A stretch of 64,000 nt of DNA from a virus. The number at the start of each line of letters is the position of its first letter. Position 1 is the first letter of the stretch. The stretch spans positions 6,801-70,800 of the IMG/VR virus record IMGVR_UViG_3300023174_002851; one strand, given 5' to 3'. The position numbers and the translations under genes are program-made. The notes beneath the pieces were generated by a model. It was not told the DNA's origin, ran no database searches, and saw nothing but the letters and a program-made list of their open reading frames with translations. Positions 1-9,771 of the stretch are shown piece after piece.

Positions 1-1
1 C

Positions 2-1477
2 GGTGGTAATTACACTCCTCCTCCAACTTACACACTGACACCATCGGCCAACAATGTTGATGAAGGTGCGAGTCTAACATTCACAGTTGGAGGCTCTAAC
101 ATTGTTGACGGCACTTATTATTGGAGGTCTCCAAATGCTAATTCCAGTGATCTCGAGGCAGTTTCTGGCTCAGTTACTGTTACTAACAATTATGGCACAT
201 TCTCTGTAACAGCTATTGCTGACACTACTACTGAAGGAGCAGAGTCATTCACTGTCTGGCTCCTACCAACAAGCAACGGTGGCACAATACTGGCAACCTC
301 TACTATAACCATCAATGACACAAGTGTTACCCAGACTACTGGTAGTTTTTCATTTACTGCTCAGACCAGTCAGTATATAACACTGGGTGAAAATTTAAGT
401 GATTGGGCCTTGGACAAAACAGGTACTATAGAATGGTGGCAGAAAGCCCCTAATAGTAATTCTTTTGGTGGAAACTTTAACGGTGGAATGATCACACAGG
501 GCAATCAAGGTGGAGATGGTGGCCACGGCTTAGACATATTTGCCGCCGGTGGCAATATTGCCTTGGGACTTGGTGGAGGCGGCGTAATGCCTTACGTGGT
601 CGAACCTGCCAGCACTACCACTTGGACACACGTGGCAATATCTTTTGCTCCTAATCCTGACAATCTCAATGTTGGTAAATCTCGTGTTTATTTCAACGGT
701 GTAGAACAATCAATAAACAACACCAGTGTGCTATTGACCAACAGCACTGACGCAATACATATTGGATCAAGAGTCCCTGACGCAAATTATCAAAACTTTA
801 CAGGCAAAATTACCAACATACACATCAGCACAGCCAATCTATACACCAGTAACTTTACTCCAACAATAAGAACTGAACCTACTACAGGAACAGTATTTTT
901 GATGAACAGTAGTAATCCAACAACTGATCTATCTTATGGTGAGTTGAATAATGTGCCAGTTATTACCTCAGGCAACGGCAACATATATGTATCAACAAGT
1001 CTTTATCCCAATTTAGATAAACAGATTCGAGTGGGCGGCACTATAACAGTTGCTGGTGACAATTCTCGTTTCACAACAGTTAGGGCACCAGTGTTTTTAT
1101 CAGACCCGGCAGCATGGGGTGTTCCAACAACAAATACCTTATTCCAGCCTGGAGTTAGTGTAAACATAACCGATATTAGACGACACACTATAACTGGTGG
1201 AATCTATTCATTGTCTGCAGATGTTGTGAACTTACACACTGCCACACACGCACTGGCCAATGGCGGTTCCAGCGATGTTTGGATACTCAGTAATCCTGCT
1301 AACGATGCTTGGGCGGCAAGTATGCCTGTAGGAGCAACTATTATATCTCAGTTCAGTGGTAGACACACAGTGACTTCTGTAGAACGAGACCAAAGCGGCC
1401 AAAACTGGATTATTGGTGCTGGCACAGGCGGCTATGGTATTTTTGTTGCTGGTGAAACTCACACGTTTATTTGGTAA
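2..1477 (+). CDS. Virion/tail-associated protein with Calx-beta-like and LamG (concanavalin-A-like) domains, 5'-truncated by the window edge
   Basis: Frame is open from base 2 (TYTLTPSANNVDEGASLTFTV...ADTTTEGAESFTV...TINDTS), then LamG motifs TIEWW, TWTHVAISF, FTGKITNIHIS. Confidence 0.7.
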   Translation, partial: GGNYTPPPTYTLTPSANNVDEGASLTFTVGGSNIVDGTYYWRSPNANSSDLEAVSGSVTVTNNYGTFSVTAIADTTTEGAESFTVWLLPTSNGGTILATSTITINDTSVTQTTGSFSFTAQTSQYITLGENLSDWALDKTGTIEWWQKAPNSNSFGGNFNGGMITQGNQGGDGGHGLDIFAAGGNIALGLGGGGVMPYVVEPASTTTWTHVAISFAPNPDNLNVGKSRVYFNGVEQSINNTSVLLTNSTDAIHIGSRVPDANYQNFTGKITNIHISTANLYTSNFTPTIRTEPTTGTVFLMNSSNPTTDLSYGELNNVPVITSGNGNIYVSTSLYPNLDKQIRVGGTITVAGDNSRFTTVRAPVFLSDPAAWGVPTTNTLFQPGVSVNITDIRRHTITGGIYSLSADVVNLHTATHALANGGSSDVWILSNPANDAWAASMPVGATIISQFSGRHTVTSVERDQSGQNWIIGAGTGGYGIFVAGETHTFIW

Positions 1478-1479
1478 GT

Positions 1480-2070
1480 CTAACGTATACCCTGCTCACG
1501 TAGTTTCACACAAGTATCGCATCGTCCACAAGGTGCGATACTTTTTTCTGTATACACTGGCCGCCGGCACGACCAAAACATATCGCGCAGGCTTTCAGGC
1601 AGACTAAGATATATCTCACGCTTGGTCATATCCAGCACAGGATATATTTTTTTAACATCAGTGAATGCTGCCAGTATCTTGTCAGCACGTTTACGCCTTT
1701 CCTCTAATGCTAGATTACCATCGTTGGCCTGCATACCTAGGGCAACTTTTACAATGCTAGGATTAGTAGAGCAAATATAGCCAGCAAAGTAGCTCATAGT
1801 ATCACTGTCATACATAAAACTGCCATTATAGGGCTGTGATCCTATTTCACTTTCACTGTAGACAAAACTATGGCCCAACTGTCGTAGTTCTTTGACAGTA
1901 TGTTCTGCCGCAACGGCTTCTGCCCGCCAACGTTTCTCCACGTTCTTGTTGTGTACGTGGTGTATGTGTACAGCATAGTCTTTATACTCTTCTTTAGTTA
2001 GCAGTTTGTACACCATGCCTAGGCTGTCTAAGCCGCCTGAGTACATGGCTAATATTGTTTGTTGTTCCAT
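1480..2070 (-). CDS. QueC-like PP-loop ATPase (7-cyano-7-deazaguanine synthase superfamily)
   Basis: SGGLDS PP-loop; C-terminal WSC...CGRCDTC zinc motif. Confidence 0.75.
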   Translation of the reverse strand: MEQQTILAMYSGGLDSLGMVYKLLTKEEYKDYAVHIHHVHNKNVEKRWRAEAVAAEHTVKELRQLGHSFVYSESEIGSQPYNGSFMYDSDTMSYFAGYICSTNPSIVKVALGMQANDGNLALEERRKRADKILAAFTDVKKIYPVLDMTKREIYLSLPESLRDMFWSCRRPVYTEKSIAPCGRCDTCVKLREQGIR

Positions 2071-2504
2071 ATGTAAAATGTGTAAACTTCGTTGACGGGG
2101 TGTTCTTGTGGTTGCGGATCAAGTTCCTCAGCACGGGGAAAGTATACTGCGTACTTTGTAGGCCAATTAGGGTTTAGGAAAGCACGGGCAACAAAAGTAT
2201 CACAATGTTTGAGTACTATGGGCAACAATCGTTTGACGAACTCTTCTCCATAACTTAGCCCGCCATCTATAATAACGGTATCCCAGTGACTATCTAAGGT
2301 AAACCAATCTTTCGCTAGAATTTTAGGGTCATCATAGACAGGCTCTAGGTCCCAGGCTTCTGTGCATAAAGGTAGGAGCAATCGAGTGCTGCCCAACAGC
2401 AATACACGACCCTTACAATAATGCTCAAATACAGCGTAATCGTCTAGATTAGGTGCTGCGGGCCATTTCAAGCTAGTCCAATACTGCGGATCGTTGTTTA
2501 TCAT
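2049..2504 (-). CDS. Hypothetical protein, possibly a degenerate Rossmann-fold methyltransferase
   Basis: GRVLLLGST and WDTVIIDGG resemble SAM-methyltransferase strands; overlaps the queC-like start. Confidence 0.45.
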   Translation of the reverse strand: MINNDPQYWTSLKWPAAPNLDDYAVFEHYCKGRVLLLGSTRLLLPLCTEAWDLEPVYDDPKILAKDWFTLDSHWDTVIIDGGLSYGEEFVKRLLPIVLKHCDTFVARAFLNPNWPTKYAVYFPRAEELDPQPQEHPVNEVYTFYIWNNKQY

Positions 2505-2511
2505 CGTGAGC

Positions 2512-2527
2512 TATTTAAGGCTAAATA
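2512..2527. promoter_or_regulatory. Back-to-back T4-late-type TAAATA promoters serving divergent genes
   Basis: TATTTA at 2512-2517 and TAAATA at 2522-2527 in a 42-bp divergent gap. Confidence 0.55.
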
Positions 2528-2546
2528 CTGACAGAGGACAAAAATA

Positions 2547-3536
2547 ATGGCCGCAAACGGAATATCAAATCTATCAACAAAACAGCTAAAGCAAGAAGGC
2601 AAACTAACCATTGCTACCGCCAAACGTCAGGGCAAAGTTGTAGCAGTTGATGGAACAGTTACTGGTAGTGTAGACGCAACTAAACCCTACTATAGAGCCG
2701 CCAACACGTTAGATATAACGCTATTACCAACAAAATATAGTGGAAACGGTATTACTGACAACCCTAACGTAGGCGGACTAGTAGAAGGGCGTCCTTGGTC
2801 AACAACCAATCCAGATACTGCTATTACAGTTATTGAAACAGCAGCAAGTGGAGCAACACTGATTTTGAACTTAGACAGTCGCAACACCAACAGTTTGGCA
2901 CGTGGTGCCAGTCCGGGTACTTGGTATGATCTAACCAGCAATCACAACGATGCTACTATCTACGGAACAGTAGCATACGGAACACTTGGTGGACAAAACT
3001 GTGCGGTATTCCCAGGCGGTAATGCCAACTATGTTCAAGCTCTAAGCGGAGCATATTTTACAGGTACTTCATTCACTGTGCAGAGCTGGGTCTATGTCAC
3101 CGCAGTTCTAAACTGGAATCGCATCTTTGACTTTGGCAACGGCGCAGGTTCAAACAATGTGCTGTTGGCTAATAGTTTTGGTGTATCAGGTAAGCCTGGT
3201 ATCTACATCGAAGGACAGCAGTTCCAATCAACCTATCCCGGAGCCAGTACAGTGTTGCTAAATGCTTGGCATCAAATCTGTTGTACATTCAACTATGTTA
3301 GTGGTGCTAACGGTACAGCCACTATCTATGTAGATGGACAGCCAGCAGGCTCGGGCTCACTGCCTAAGCCAGTGAACGTAGTAAGAAACAACTGCTACAT
3401 CGGTCGTTCAAATTGGGGTTTTGGTGATCCAAATATGAATGGCGGTATTGGTAGCCTACAGATCTATAACGGACTGCTAACAGACGCAGAAATGTTATCA
3501 AACTATAACACAACCAAATCCTATTACGGACTATGA
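2547..3536 (+). CDS. LamG/concanavalin-A-like domain virion protein
   Basis: TWYDLT, FTVQSWV, WHQICCT, IYVDG, IYNGLLT...NYN motifs. Confidence 0.75.
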   Translation: MAANGISNLSTKQLKQEGKLTIATAKRQGKVVAVDGTVTGSVDATKPYYRAANTLDITLLPTKYSGNGITDNPNVGGLVEGRPWSTTNPDTAITVIETAASGATLILNLDSRNTNSLARGASPGTWYDLTSNHNDATIYGTVAYGTLGGQNCAVFPGGNANYVQALSGAYFTGTSFTVQSWVYVTAVLNWNRIFDFGNGAGSNNVLLANSFGVSGKPGIYIEGQQFQSTYPGASTVLLNAWHQICCTFNYVSGANGTATIYVDGQPAGSGSLPKPVNVVRNNCYIGRSNWGFGDPNMNGGIGSLQIYNGLLTDAEMLSNYNTTKSYYGL

Positions 3537-3556
3537 GAATTTAAGGAAACAAAATT

Positions 3557-3859
3557 ATGAAAATGTCGGATATATTACACAACATAGCAGAGCTGTTAGA
3601 TCAGCAGGAACAACAGTCTGCACCAGCTGAGCCAAAAGATTTTGCTCAACCTGAACAGGATGACGGCGATGCAGACGGTGTGATGATTCCGCCACTACAG
3701 CAAAAGCTAGAGCTACTGAAAAAAGCAGTAGGAGTTCCTAGTGCATTTGATCAGGACGGTAATGGTGTTCCAGACGAACTAGATGCCATTAGAAAAAATG
3801 CCGGTATCAATCCAGCAGTAGTTCATGTTGCCGGCGAAGATAACGACGTTGTAGGATAA
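3557..3859 (+). CDS. Hypothetical phage protein (acidic)
   Basis: SD AAGGA; PPLQQKLELLKK motif. Confidence 0.6.
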   Translation: MKMSDILHNIAELLDQQEQQSAPAEPKDFAQPEQDDGDADGVMIPPLQQKLELLKKAVGVPSAFDQDGNGVPDELDAIRKNAGINPAVVHVAGEDNDVVG

Positions 3860-3863
3860 GGCA

Positions 3864-6212
3864 ATGTCATTCATACAGAAGTTTTTCACAGGACGTGGCA
3901 ATTACTCAGACGGTGACGCTCGCGTAGGCGAGATAGGCCGTTTGTGGTACGACGGTAAAACAAACACCATTCGCATTGGTGACGGCAGCCCAGGCGGCAG
4001 AATTGTCAGCGGTACTGGACTGGGAGCCAACGTACACGAAGGTGCTGATCCACCTACAAGCCCGCCACCAGTTGAAGGCGACTTATGGTGGCATACAGAT
4101 GATGGTAGAATGTACATCTACTACGACGGCAATTGGGTTGACTCAAATCCCCTAGGCGGATACCAAGACCGTATTGTTAGCCCAAACGGGATATACTCAA
4201 CCATCATAGACAACACAGGTATTTCTACGTTTAATAGCAGTCTTGTTCCCGCCCTGGATAACGATGTTGACCTAGGCAATGCCAATCATCGATTTGCCAA
4301 CTTGTATCTTGGTACTCAAGGCCTATTCCTTGCAGATACAATTACAGATGCTAATATCAACATTGTTGCCACTAACGGCACACTATTCTTAAACGGTGCT
4401 CAAAACTTACGTTTGGGTAATCTAGCCATTCGTGATACCACCCTGACCAGCGCCAACGCTACACTAGACATCTCAGTTGGTGACGCAGGCGACACTGGCT
4501 TCTTCTATGTCAAGCGTAAAGCACAGATAGACAACACCACATTCAGTTCAACTCAGGCCATGTTGGGTATCAATGCGTCAGGCGGTGCAGAACCTACTAC
4601 CTTATTCCCAGACACACTGGTACAGGCAACTGGCAGACCCAACAAGAACAGTCGTATAGTTCAACGTAGTTACGGTAGCACAGGCACAGTAGGTGGAGAC
4701 AACAGCTACGCAGTATGGGCCAGTTATGCCGCCCGTGGCTCAGTGGCCGGCCCAGCCGCATTGAAGGCCAATGACATCTTAGCCCGCATCAGTGCCAACG
4801 GTTACGGAACTACTACTTGGGGTTCAGGAGGTGCTAGAATTGAATTTCTAGCACTGGAGGACTTTACTGACTCGGCCAAAGGCACCAAGATCAATTTCTG
4901 GACTACTCCTGCGGGACAGATAACCTCGCAGAATGTAGCATCAATCAACAGCACAGGAGTTGCGACACAGAGTATAAAATTCAGCGGCGACGAAACAGTA
5001 CAAACCACAGCAGGTATTCCACTGACACAAAAGGGTGCATCGTCTGGTGTAGCCACTTTGGGGGTAGACGGCAAACTCACTGCCGCACAGATTCCCGATA
5101 GTCTATCAGGTGCTGTGGTGTTTAAGGGTGTATGGAACGCTAACACTAACACTCCTACTCTAAGCGATAGTTCACCTGCAGGATTGATAGCAGGTTGGGA
5201 ATACATTGTTGAAGTAGGCGGAACTCGCAACATTGGTGACGGTAGTAAACTATTCGTTTCAGGCGACTTTGTTATATTCGATGGCACACATTGGAAACAG
5301 GTTCCTAGTGGCAACTTATTCACCAGCCTAACAGGTGGCGGTGGTATCACGGTCAGTCAATCAACTGGTGCTATCACACTAGGTAGCACGGCTACACCAT
5401 TGTCCAATGTCAGTACTATCGTCAGCAGAGACAGTTCAGGTAACTTTGCTGCCAATGTGATTACAGCCAGTTTAACGGGTAATGTTACAGGGAATGTCAC
5501 TGGCAATGTAAGCGGTAATGCTGGCACAGTGACTAACGGTGTTGTTACCACCGGTTCATACAGCGACCCATCCTGGCTAACACTATCTAAATCCAAAGTT
5601 GGTTTGGGCAATGTAGAAAACACAGCCCTATCTACCAGCACACACTATGTTGGTACAACCAGTATTCAATACAACAGAGCCAGTGCCGCACAAAGCCTAA
5701 CTGGTGTAAGCATTGATGGAAATGCCGGCACAGTGACCAATGGTGTTTATACTACAGACACTGGCACAGTCACAAATACCATGCTGGCTGGGTCAATTGC
5801 CAACGCAAAACTGGTCAATAGTTTAGTCACAGTAAATGGTACTGCAATAGCATTAGGTGCTAGCGGTACAGTCACAGCGGCTGCTGGTACACTAACTGGT
5901 ACTACCTTAAACTCAACAGTGGTCACCAGTAGCCTAACAGCACTGGGCGGTATGAGTGATATCAAGGCTGGTGAAGTCAGCATTGATCCAGCTAACATTG
6001 GTAAACAAACTATCGCTGTTCAAACGGTTACAGTTACAGGACTAACAACCAGTCACAAGGTTGTGGTTACAGCTGGTTCCGAACTGCCAGCAGGATTATT
6101 TGTAGCGGCAGCTTGGGTCAGTGCTACTAACACACTAAGCGTAAACTTCCATAACTGGAGCGGCGGTGTTGACGCAAGTGCGTTTAATCTACGCTACTTT
6201 GCCTGGGTATAA
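3864..6212 (+). CDS. Tail fibre-like protein
   Basis: Gly/Thr/Ser-rich; GDLWW...GRMYIYY, GVATLGVDGK, FKGVWNA, GNVT repeats, VGLGNVEN. Confidence 0.75.
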   Translation: MSFIQKFFTGRGNYSDGDARVGEIGRLWYDGKTNTIRIGDGSPGGRIVSGTGLGANVHEGADPPTSPPPVEGDLWWHTDDGRMYIYYDGNWVDSNPLGGYQDRIVSPNGIYSTIIDNTGISTFNSSLVPALDNDVDLGNANHRFANLYLGTQGLFLADTITDANINIVATNGTLFLNGAQNLRLGNLAIRDTTLTSANATLDISVGDAGDTGFFYVKRKAQIDNTTFSSTQAMLGINASGGAEPTTLFPDTLVQATGRPNKNSRIVQRSYGSTGTVGGDNSYAVWASYAARGSVAGPAALKANDILARISANGYGTTTWGSGGARIEFLALEDFTDSAKGTKINFWTTPAGQITSQNVASINSTGVATQSIKFSGDETVQTTAGIPLTQKGASSGVATLGVDGKLTAAQIPDSLSGAVVFKGVWNANTNTPTLSDSSPAGLIAGWEYIVEVGGTRNIGDGSKLFVSGDFVIFDGTHWKQVPSGNLFTSLTGGGGITVSQSTGAITLGSTATPLSNVSTIVSRDSSGNFAANVITASLTGNVTGNVTGNVSGNAGTVTNGVVTTGSYSDPSWLTLSKSKVGLGNVENTALSTSTHYVGTTSIQYNRASAAQSLTGVSIDGNAGTVTNGVYTTDTGTVTNTMLAGSIANAKLVNSLVTVNGTAIALGASGTVTAAAGTLTGTTLNSTVVTSSLTALGGMSDIKAGEVSIDPANIGKQTIAVQTVTVTGLTTSHKVVVTAGSELPAGLFVAAAWVSATNTLSVNFHNWSGGVDASAFNLRYFAWV

Positions 6213-6490
6213 TGAGTGAAGTTATTTGGATCAATCCCGTTGTTAAAGGTTCATGCGATCCGTTTGGCGAGTGTGGTGGCGGTTGTTGTAAAATAAAGGT
6301 ATATCGCCCAGGCAACAAGGAATATGATCTACAATGGTGCGAACACTTTGATGAAACAGCTCGTAGATGTAAGATTTATGAAACCCGCCCCAATGGATGT
6401 AGAACATATCCGTTGGTAAGGAACTTACAGCACAATGTTTGGAGTATTCCTGGCTGCGGATACTATTTAGAAGAGGCGGAAAATGTATAG
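6212..6490 (+). CDS. Cys-rich Zn/Fe-chelating protein (YkgJ/CxxCxxCC-like)
   Basis: C...ECGGGCC, CKIYETRPNGCRTYP. Confidence 0.65.
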   Translation: MSEVIWINPVVKGSCDPFGECGGGCCKIKVYRPGNKEYDLQWCEHFDETARRCKIYETRPNGCRTYPLVRNLQHNVWSIPGCGYYLEEAENV

Positions 6491-6884
6491 AAAGTATATC
6501 AACATAGTAGAAGCAGCCAACAAGGGATGTCCCATTGCTACACACGACTTAGAAGAGAATGTAAAGAATCGTCAAGTTGCTATTGACAAACATCACTATG
6601 GTCCTGCCAATCCAGACGAGCCAGGCAACTATTGGAAAGACAGTGCCAAGCAATGGGACATAACAGAAAAGACAGCCAAGACAATGACCTGCGGTAATTG
6701 TGCGGCTTTCAACATCACTGACGAAATGTACAAGTGTATGGAAGACGGGATGGGTCAAGAAGCCTACCAAGCAGAAAAAACCCGTGAAGCCGCTGACTTA
6801 GGCTACTGTAATCTACTTCACTTTAAATGTGCGGGCACAAGATCGTGCCAATTATGGATCACCGGCGGCCCAATAGTAAAATAA
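6483..6884 (+). CDS. Hypothetical Cys-containing phage protein
   Basis: CGNC, GYC...FKC...C motifs. Confidence 0.6.
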   Translation: MYRKYINIVEAANKGCPIATHDLEENVKNRQVAIDKHHYGPANPDEPGNYWKDSAKQWDITEKTAKTMTCGNCAAFNITDEMYKCMEDGMGQEAYQAEKTREAADLGYCNLLHFKCAGTRSCQLWITGGPIVK

Positions 6885-6894
6885 GGAGCGTACC

Positions 6895-7053
6895 TTGGAA
6901 GACAATGACACAACATATCAACGATTAAAACCCAAATGCCCTTGTTGGTGTACCTCACACTGCGGTTTCAGCTGTATGACAGACGGATGCGATTGCAACG
7001 AATGTGCATGTTTAGATTGTGTAGATAAAAATGTCCAAAGTAGTTCTAACTGA
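6895..7053 (+). CDS. Small Cys-rich, metallothionein-like peptide (52 aa, not in ORF track)
   Basis: SD AGGAG 6884-6888, TTG start; MEDNDNTYQRLKPKCPCWCTSHCGFSCMTDGCDCNECACLDCVDKNVQSSSN has 10 Cys. Confidence 0.6.
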   Translation: MEDNDTTYQRLKPKCPCWCTSHCGFSCMTDGCDCNECACLDCVDKNVQSSSN

Positions 7054-7675
7054 CAGTCAGTTCGATCCCAACGGTTACTGGGATAAACCCGTAGAAAAGA
7101 TTGTTTATCTACCCACAGCAGAAGATGTTGCTCTGTTTGATCAAAACGGCTACGATCTCACTGAGCTAGAAAAACACTATGCCTACAGCAATTGGTCAAA
7201 ACCCAAGAAACACAGAGAACATCGTGTGGCCCTAAAACAGCCGTGGTTCCTGCAATCATTACCGCAGATAGAGGGTAGTGTATTAAATCACAGTCTACTA
7301 TTTGAACGTAAAGGCTATGTAGGTGATGCACTAGCAGAATTACACAACTGGGCAAAAACACTACCGCTAATACACAAAGTCATAGCCATACAACCCAAAT
7401 GGGGCTTGGACTTTTCAATGGATTGGGTTGACCGTGACGGCAATGCCTTTGAAGTGCTACATTGGGAATGGGATAGCTTTGACTACGATGAAATTGAAAC
7501 TGTCCGTAAAACTATTGAACCCATACTATTAAACATTGATTGGCGTGACGCTGGCCATCAGATCCTAGCACACAAGTCACAGTGGCATCATTTAGATTTC
7601 TTTGCTCAAAGCAGTTGGAAATGCCGTTATTTTGGCATCCCTGAAGAGCGATTTAAAATGGTTGCGTGGTCATAA
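7031..7675 (+). CDS. Hypothetical phage protein
   Basis: 214-aa ORF in a contiguous operon. Confidence 0.65.
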   Translation: MSKVVLTDSQFDPNGYWDKPVEKIVYLPTAEDVALFDQNGYDLTELEKHYAYSNWSKPKKHREHRVALKQPWFLQSLPQIEGSVLNHSLLFERKGYVGDALAELHNWAKTLPLIHKVIAIQPKWGLDFSMDWVDRDGNAFEVLHWEWDSFDYDEIETVRKTIEPILLNIDWRDAGHQILAHKSQWHHLDFFAQSSWKCRYFGIPEERFKMVAWS

Positions 7676-7683
7676 ATAATTGT

Positions 7684-8502
7684 ATGAAAAAACTACTCAC
7701 TTTATTATTGGCGTTTGCGGCATCAACTGCATTTGCCTGGGAGCAACGTGCTCCACTACCTGTACAATCTTGTGCTGTCCACAGCCCATACGGCTTTGCT
7801 CAAACAGCTCGTACAGCACAACCAATATGCAGAGAAGCTTACCTAGTTGCCTATGACGCACCTGTAAAGATTCCTGTCTATGTAGCATACACTCTGCTAC
7901 CCCAAAACGCACTAGGTTGCTTTCCACGTACCAACGCTTTTGTAGCTGATCAAAGTCTTGGTGGTACAGGTGCCCGCCCAGATGACTATGCTGGTACAGG
8001 CTATGACAAAGGCCATGCTGCTCCGGACGGTGATTTATCGTGGAGTCAGCAAGTGGAATATGAAAGTTTTTTAATGTCAAACATGTACCCTCAACACGGC
8101 TCTTTAAACAGGGGAATTTGGAAATTGTTGGAGACATCCGTCCGAGGCTGGACAGTCCAACTCAACCAACCATTCACTATATACGTGGGGGCATTATATG
8201 GCGCTGGTGATCCTACAATTGGCAATGGCGTTATCGTTCCACATGGTTACTACAAGATTGTAATCAACAATCAAACCAAACAAGTTGCTGGTTGGGTATT
8301 TCCACATACTAAACCCTACGTGAATCTGGGCAACGATCTAACTGTGTTCCGTAAACCAATTGCTGAAATAGAAAAAGTAGCAGGAGTTGATTATAAATTT
8401 CCTAAAGGCGCCATTGAACTTGCTCCGGGACAAGAATGGCCGGTAGATTTTGGTGCATTGACCAATGCTAAACGTGCCCGATGCGGGAAGAACGCTGAAT
8501 AA
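7684..8502 (+). CDS. Secreted DNA/RNA non-specific endonuclease (NucA/EndA His-Me family)
   Basis: Signal peptide MKKLL...AFA; YDKGH, SFLMSNMYPQ, LNRGIWKLLE, VPHGYYK. Confidence 0.88.
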   Translation: MKKLLTLLLAFAASTAFAWEQRAPLPVQSCAVHSPYGFAQTARTAQPICREAYLVAYDAPVKIPVYVAYTLLPQNALGCFPRTNAFVADQSLGGTGARPDDYAGTGYDKGHAAPDGDLSWSQQVEYESFLMSNMYPQHGSLNRGIWKLLETSVRGWTVQLNQPFTIYVGALYGAGDPTIGNGVIVPHGYYKIVINNQTKQVAGWVFPHTKPYVNLGNDLTVFRKPIAEIEKVAGVDYKFPKGAIELAPGQEWPVDFGALTNAKRARCGKNAE

Positions 8503-8611
8503 AGAACACCTACCTTAGGACGTTATACGTTACTTCAGGTGTGCCCGGCTGCTGGGCTAGAATATATAGGAGTCGTGCCCTGGAATGTATTCTTGAAGTG
8601 AGCACTTTTTT
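8503..8611 (+). ncRNA. Candidate structured intergenic RNA
   Basis: Several complementary stems in a 110-nt gap followed by a T-run (see findings). Confidence 0.4.
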
Positions 8612-8626
8612 ACGGCTAAATATTGT

Positions 8627-9328
8627 ATGGATAAAATTATAGCAACGTTAGTGATGACGCACATCACCATAGTGTGTGTGACACTATACCTACATAGATG
8701 CCAAGCACATAGAGGCATTGAATTTCACCCTGTACTCAGTCATTTTATGCGTTTTTGGTTATGGATAACTACAGGAATGACTACCAAAGCATGGGTAGCT
8801 GTACATCGCAAACATCATCAAAATACAGACGTAGAGGGCGATCCGCATAGTCCACACGTATTTGGTATTAAACGATTATTGTTAGGTGGTTGGAGTTTGT
8901 ACCACGAAGCAACCAAAGATCCCAACATGGTTATCAAATACGGAGCAGGTACTCCTAAGGATCGTGTTGAAGTTTTCTATACTAGATATCACCGCCACGG
9001 CATTCTTGTAATGCTGGTCATAGACCTATTGTTATTTGGGCTGTGGGGTTTTCTAATATGGGGTGTACAAATGATATGGATTCCGTTCTGGGCCGCTGGA
9101 TTTATCAATGGCATTGGACATTGGTGGGGGTATCGTAATGGTGAAACTAAAGATCATAGTCGTAATATTGTGCCTTGGGGCATTGTTATTGGTGGCGAAG
9201 AATTGCATAACAACCACCACTTGGACCCAGCGAGTCCCAAGCTCAGCAAAAATTGGTGGGAGTTTGATATAGGCTGGATGTGGTTTAAACTGTTTAGTTA
9301 TATTGGTCTAGCTAAACTTAGAACATAA
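8627..9328 (+). CDS. Membrane acyl-CoA/fatty acid desaturase (delta-9 type)
   Basis: His boxes HRCQAH, HRKHH, HNNHH; DPHSP. Confidence 0.9.
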   Translation: MDKIIATLVMTHITIVCVTLYLHRCQAHRGIEFHPVLSHFMRFWLWITTGMTTKAWVAVHRKHHQNTDVEGDPHSPHVFGIKRLLLGGWSLYHEATKDPNMVIKYGAGTPKDRVEVFYTRYHRHGILVMLVIDLLLFGLWGFLIWGVQMIWIPFWAAGFINGIGHWWGYRNGETKDHSRNIVPWGIVIGGEELHNNHHLDPASPKLSKNWWEFDIGWMWFKLFSYIGLAKLRT

Positions 9329-9330
9329 AG

Positions 9331-9355
9331 AAAAAGCACCCTTAGGGTGCTTTTC
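9331..9355. terminator. Bidirectional intrinsic terminator
   Basis: AAAAAGCACCC-TTA-GGGTGCTTTT between convergent genes. Confidence 0.7.
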
Positions 9356-9388
9356 CATTTCTATAATATACTGCTATGCAGTCAATAA

Positions 9389-9679
9389 TTATTTCTTCAG
9401 ACCACTGTTTACAAATCCGTACATCTTTTCAGCAGCTTCTAAAACTTTATCTAAACCTGGAAATTCTGGCATTGTAACTGTGCTAACAAGTTGACCACTC
9501 TTTTCGTCACGCTTGGCTGTAATTTCCCAACCTGCGTACTTGGCCTTGTACTCTTGCTCAACATGCTCTTTAGCCATTGCTAGGATGTCTGTACGAATCT
9601 CGTAGCCGTTTTTATTAAATTTAACTTCTGGTGCTTTTACCATTTCTGCAAATACGTTTCCGCCATTATTGTTTGACAT
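9389..9679 (-). CDS. Hypothetical protein
   Basis: Strong SD AAGGAG; 96 aa. Confidence 0.65.
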   Translation of the reverse strand: MSNNNGGNVFAEMVKAPEVKFNKNGYEIRTDILAMAKEHVEQEYKAKYAGWEITAKRDEKSGQLVSTVTMPEFPGLDKVLEAAEKMYGFVNSGLKK

Positions 9680-9771
9680 AATAATCTCCTTGTGTGTGTA
9701 TGTCTACTTCTCAACAGCTACTTGTTTTTCACTGTTGTACTATTATATATGCCTATCGGCATAAAAGCAAC

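Noticed and set aside
5470-5750. GNVT and GNAGTVTNGV repeats as a diversity-generating retroelement template/variable pair
   Set aside because: Ordinary fibre repeats differing at synonymous sites; no reverse transcriptase in the window
4802-5998. Long antisense ORFs opposite the tail fibre (similar ones oppose dnaK and the 14312 gene)
   Set aside because: Codon-bias shadows with no recognisable SD or motifs
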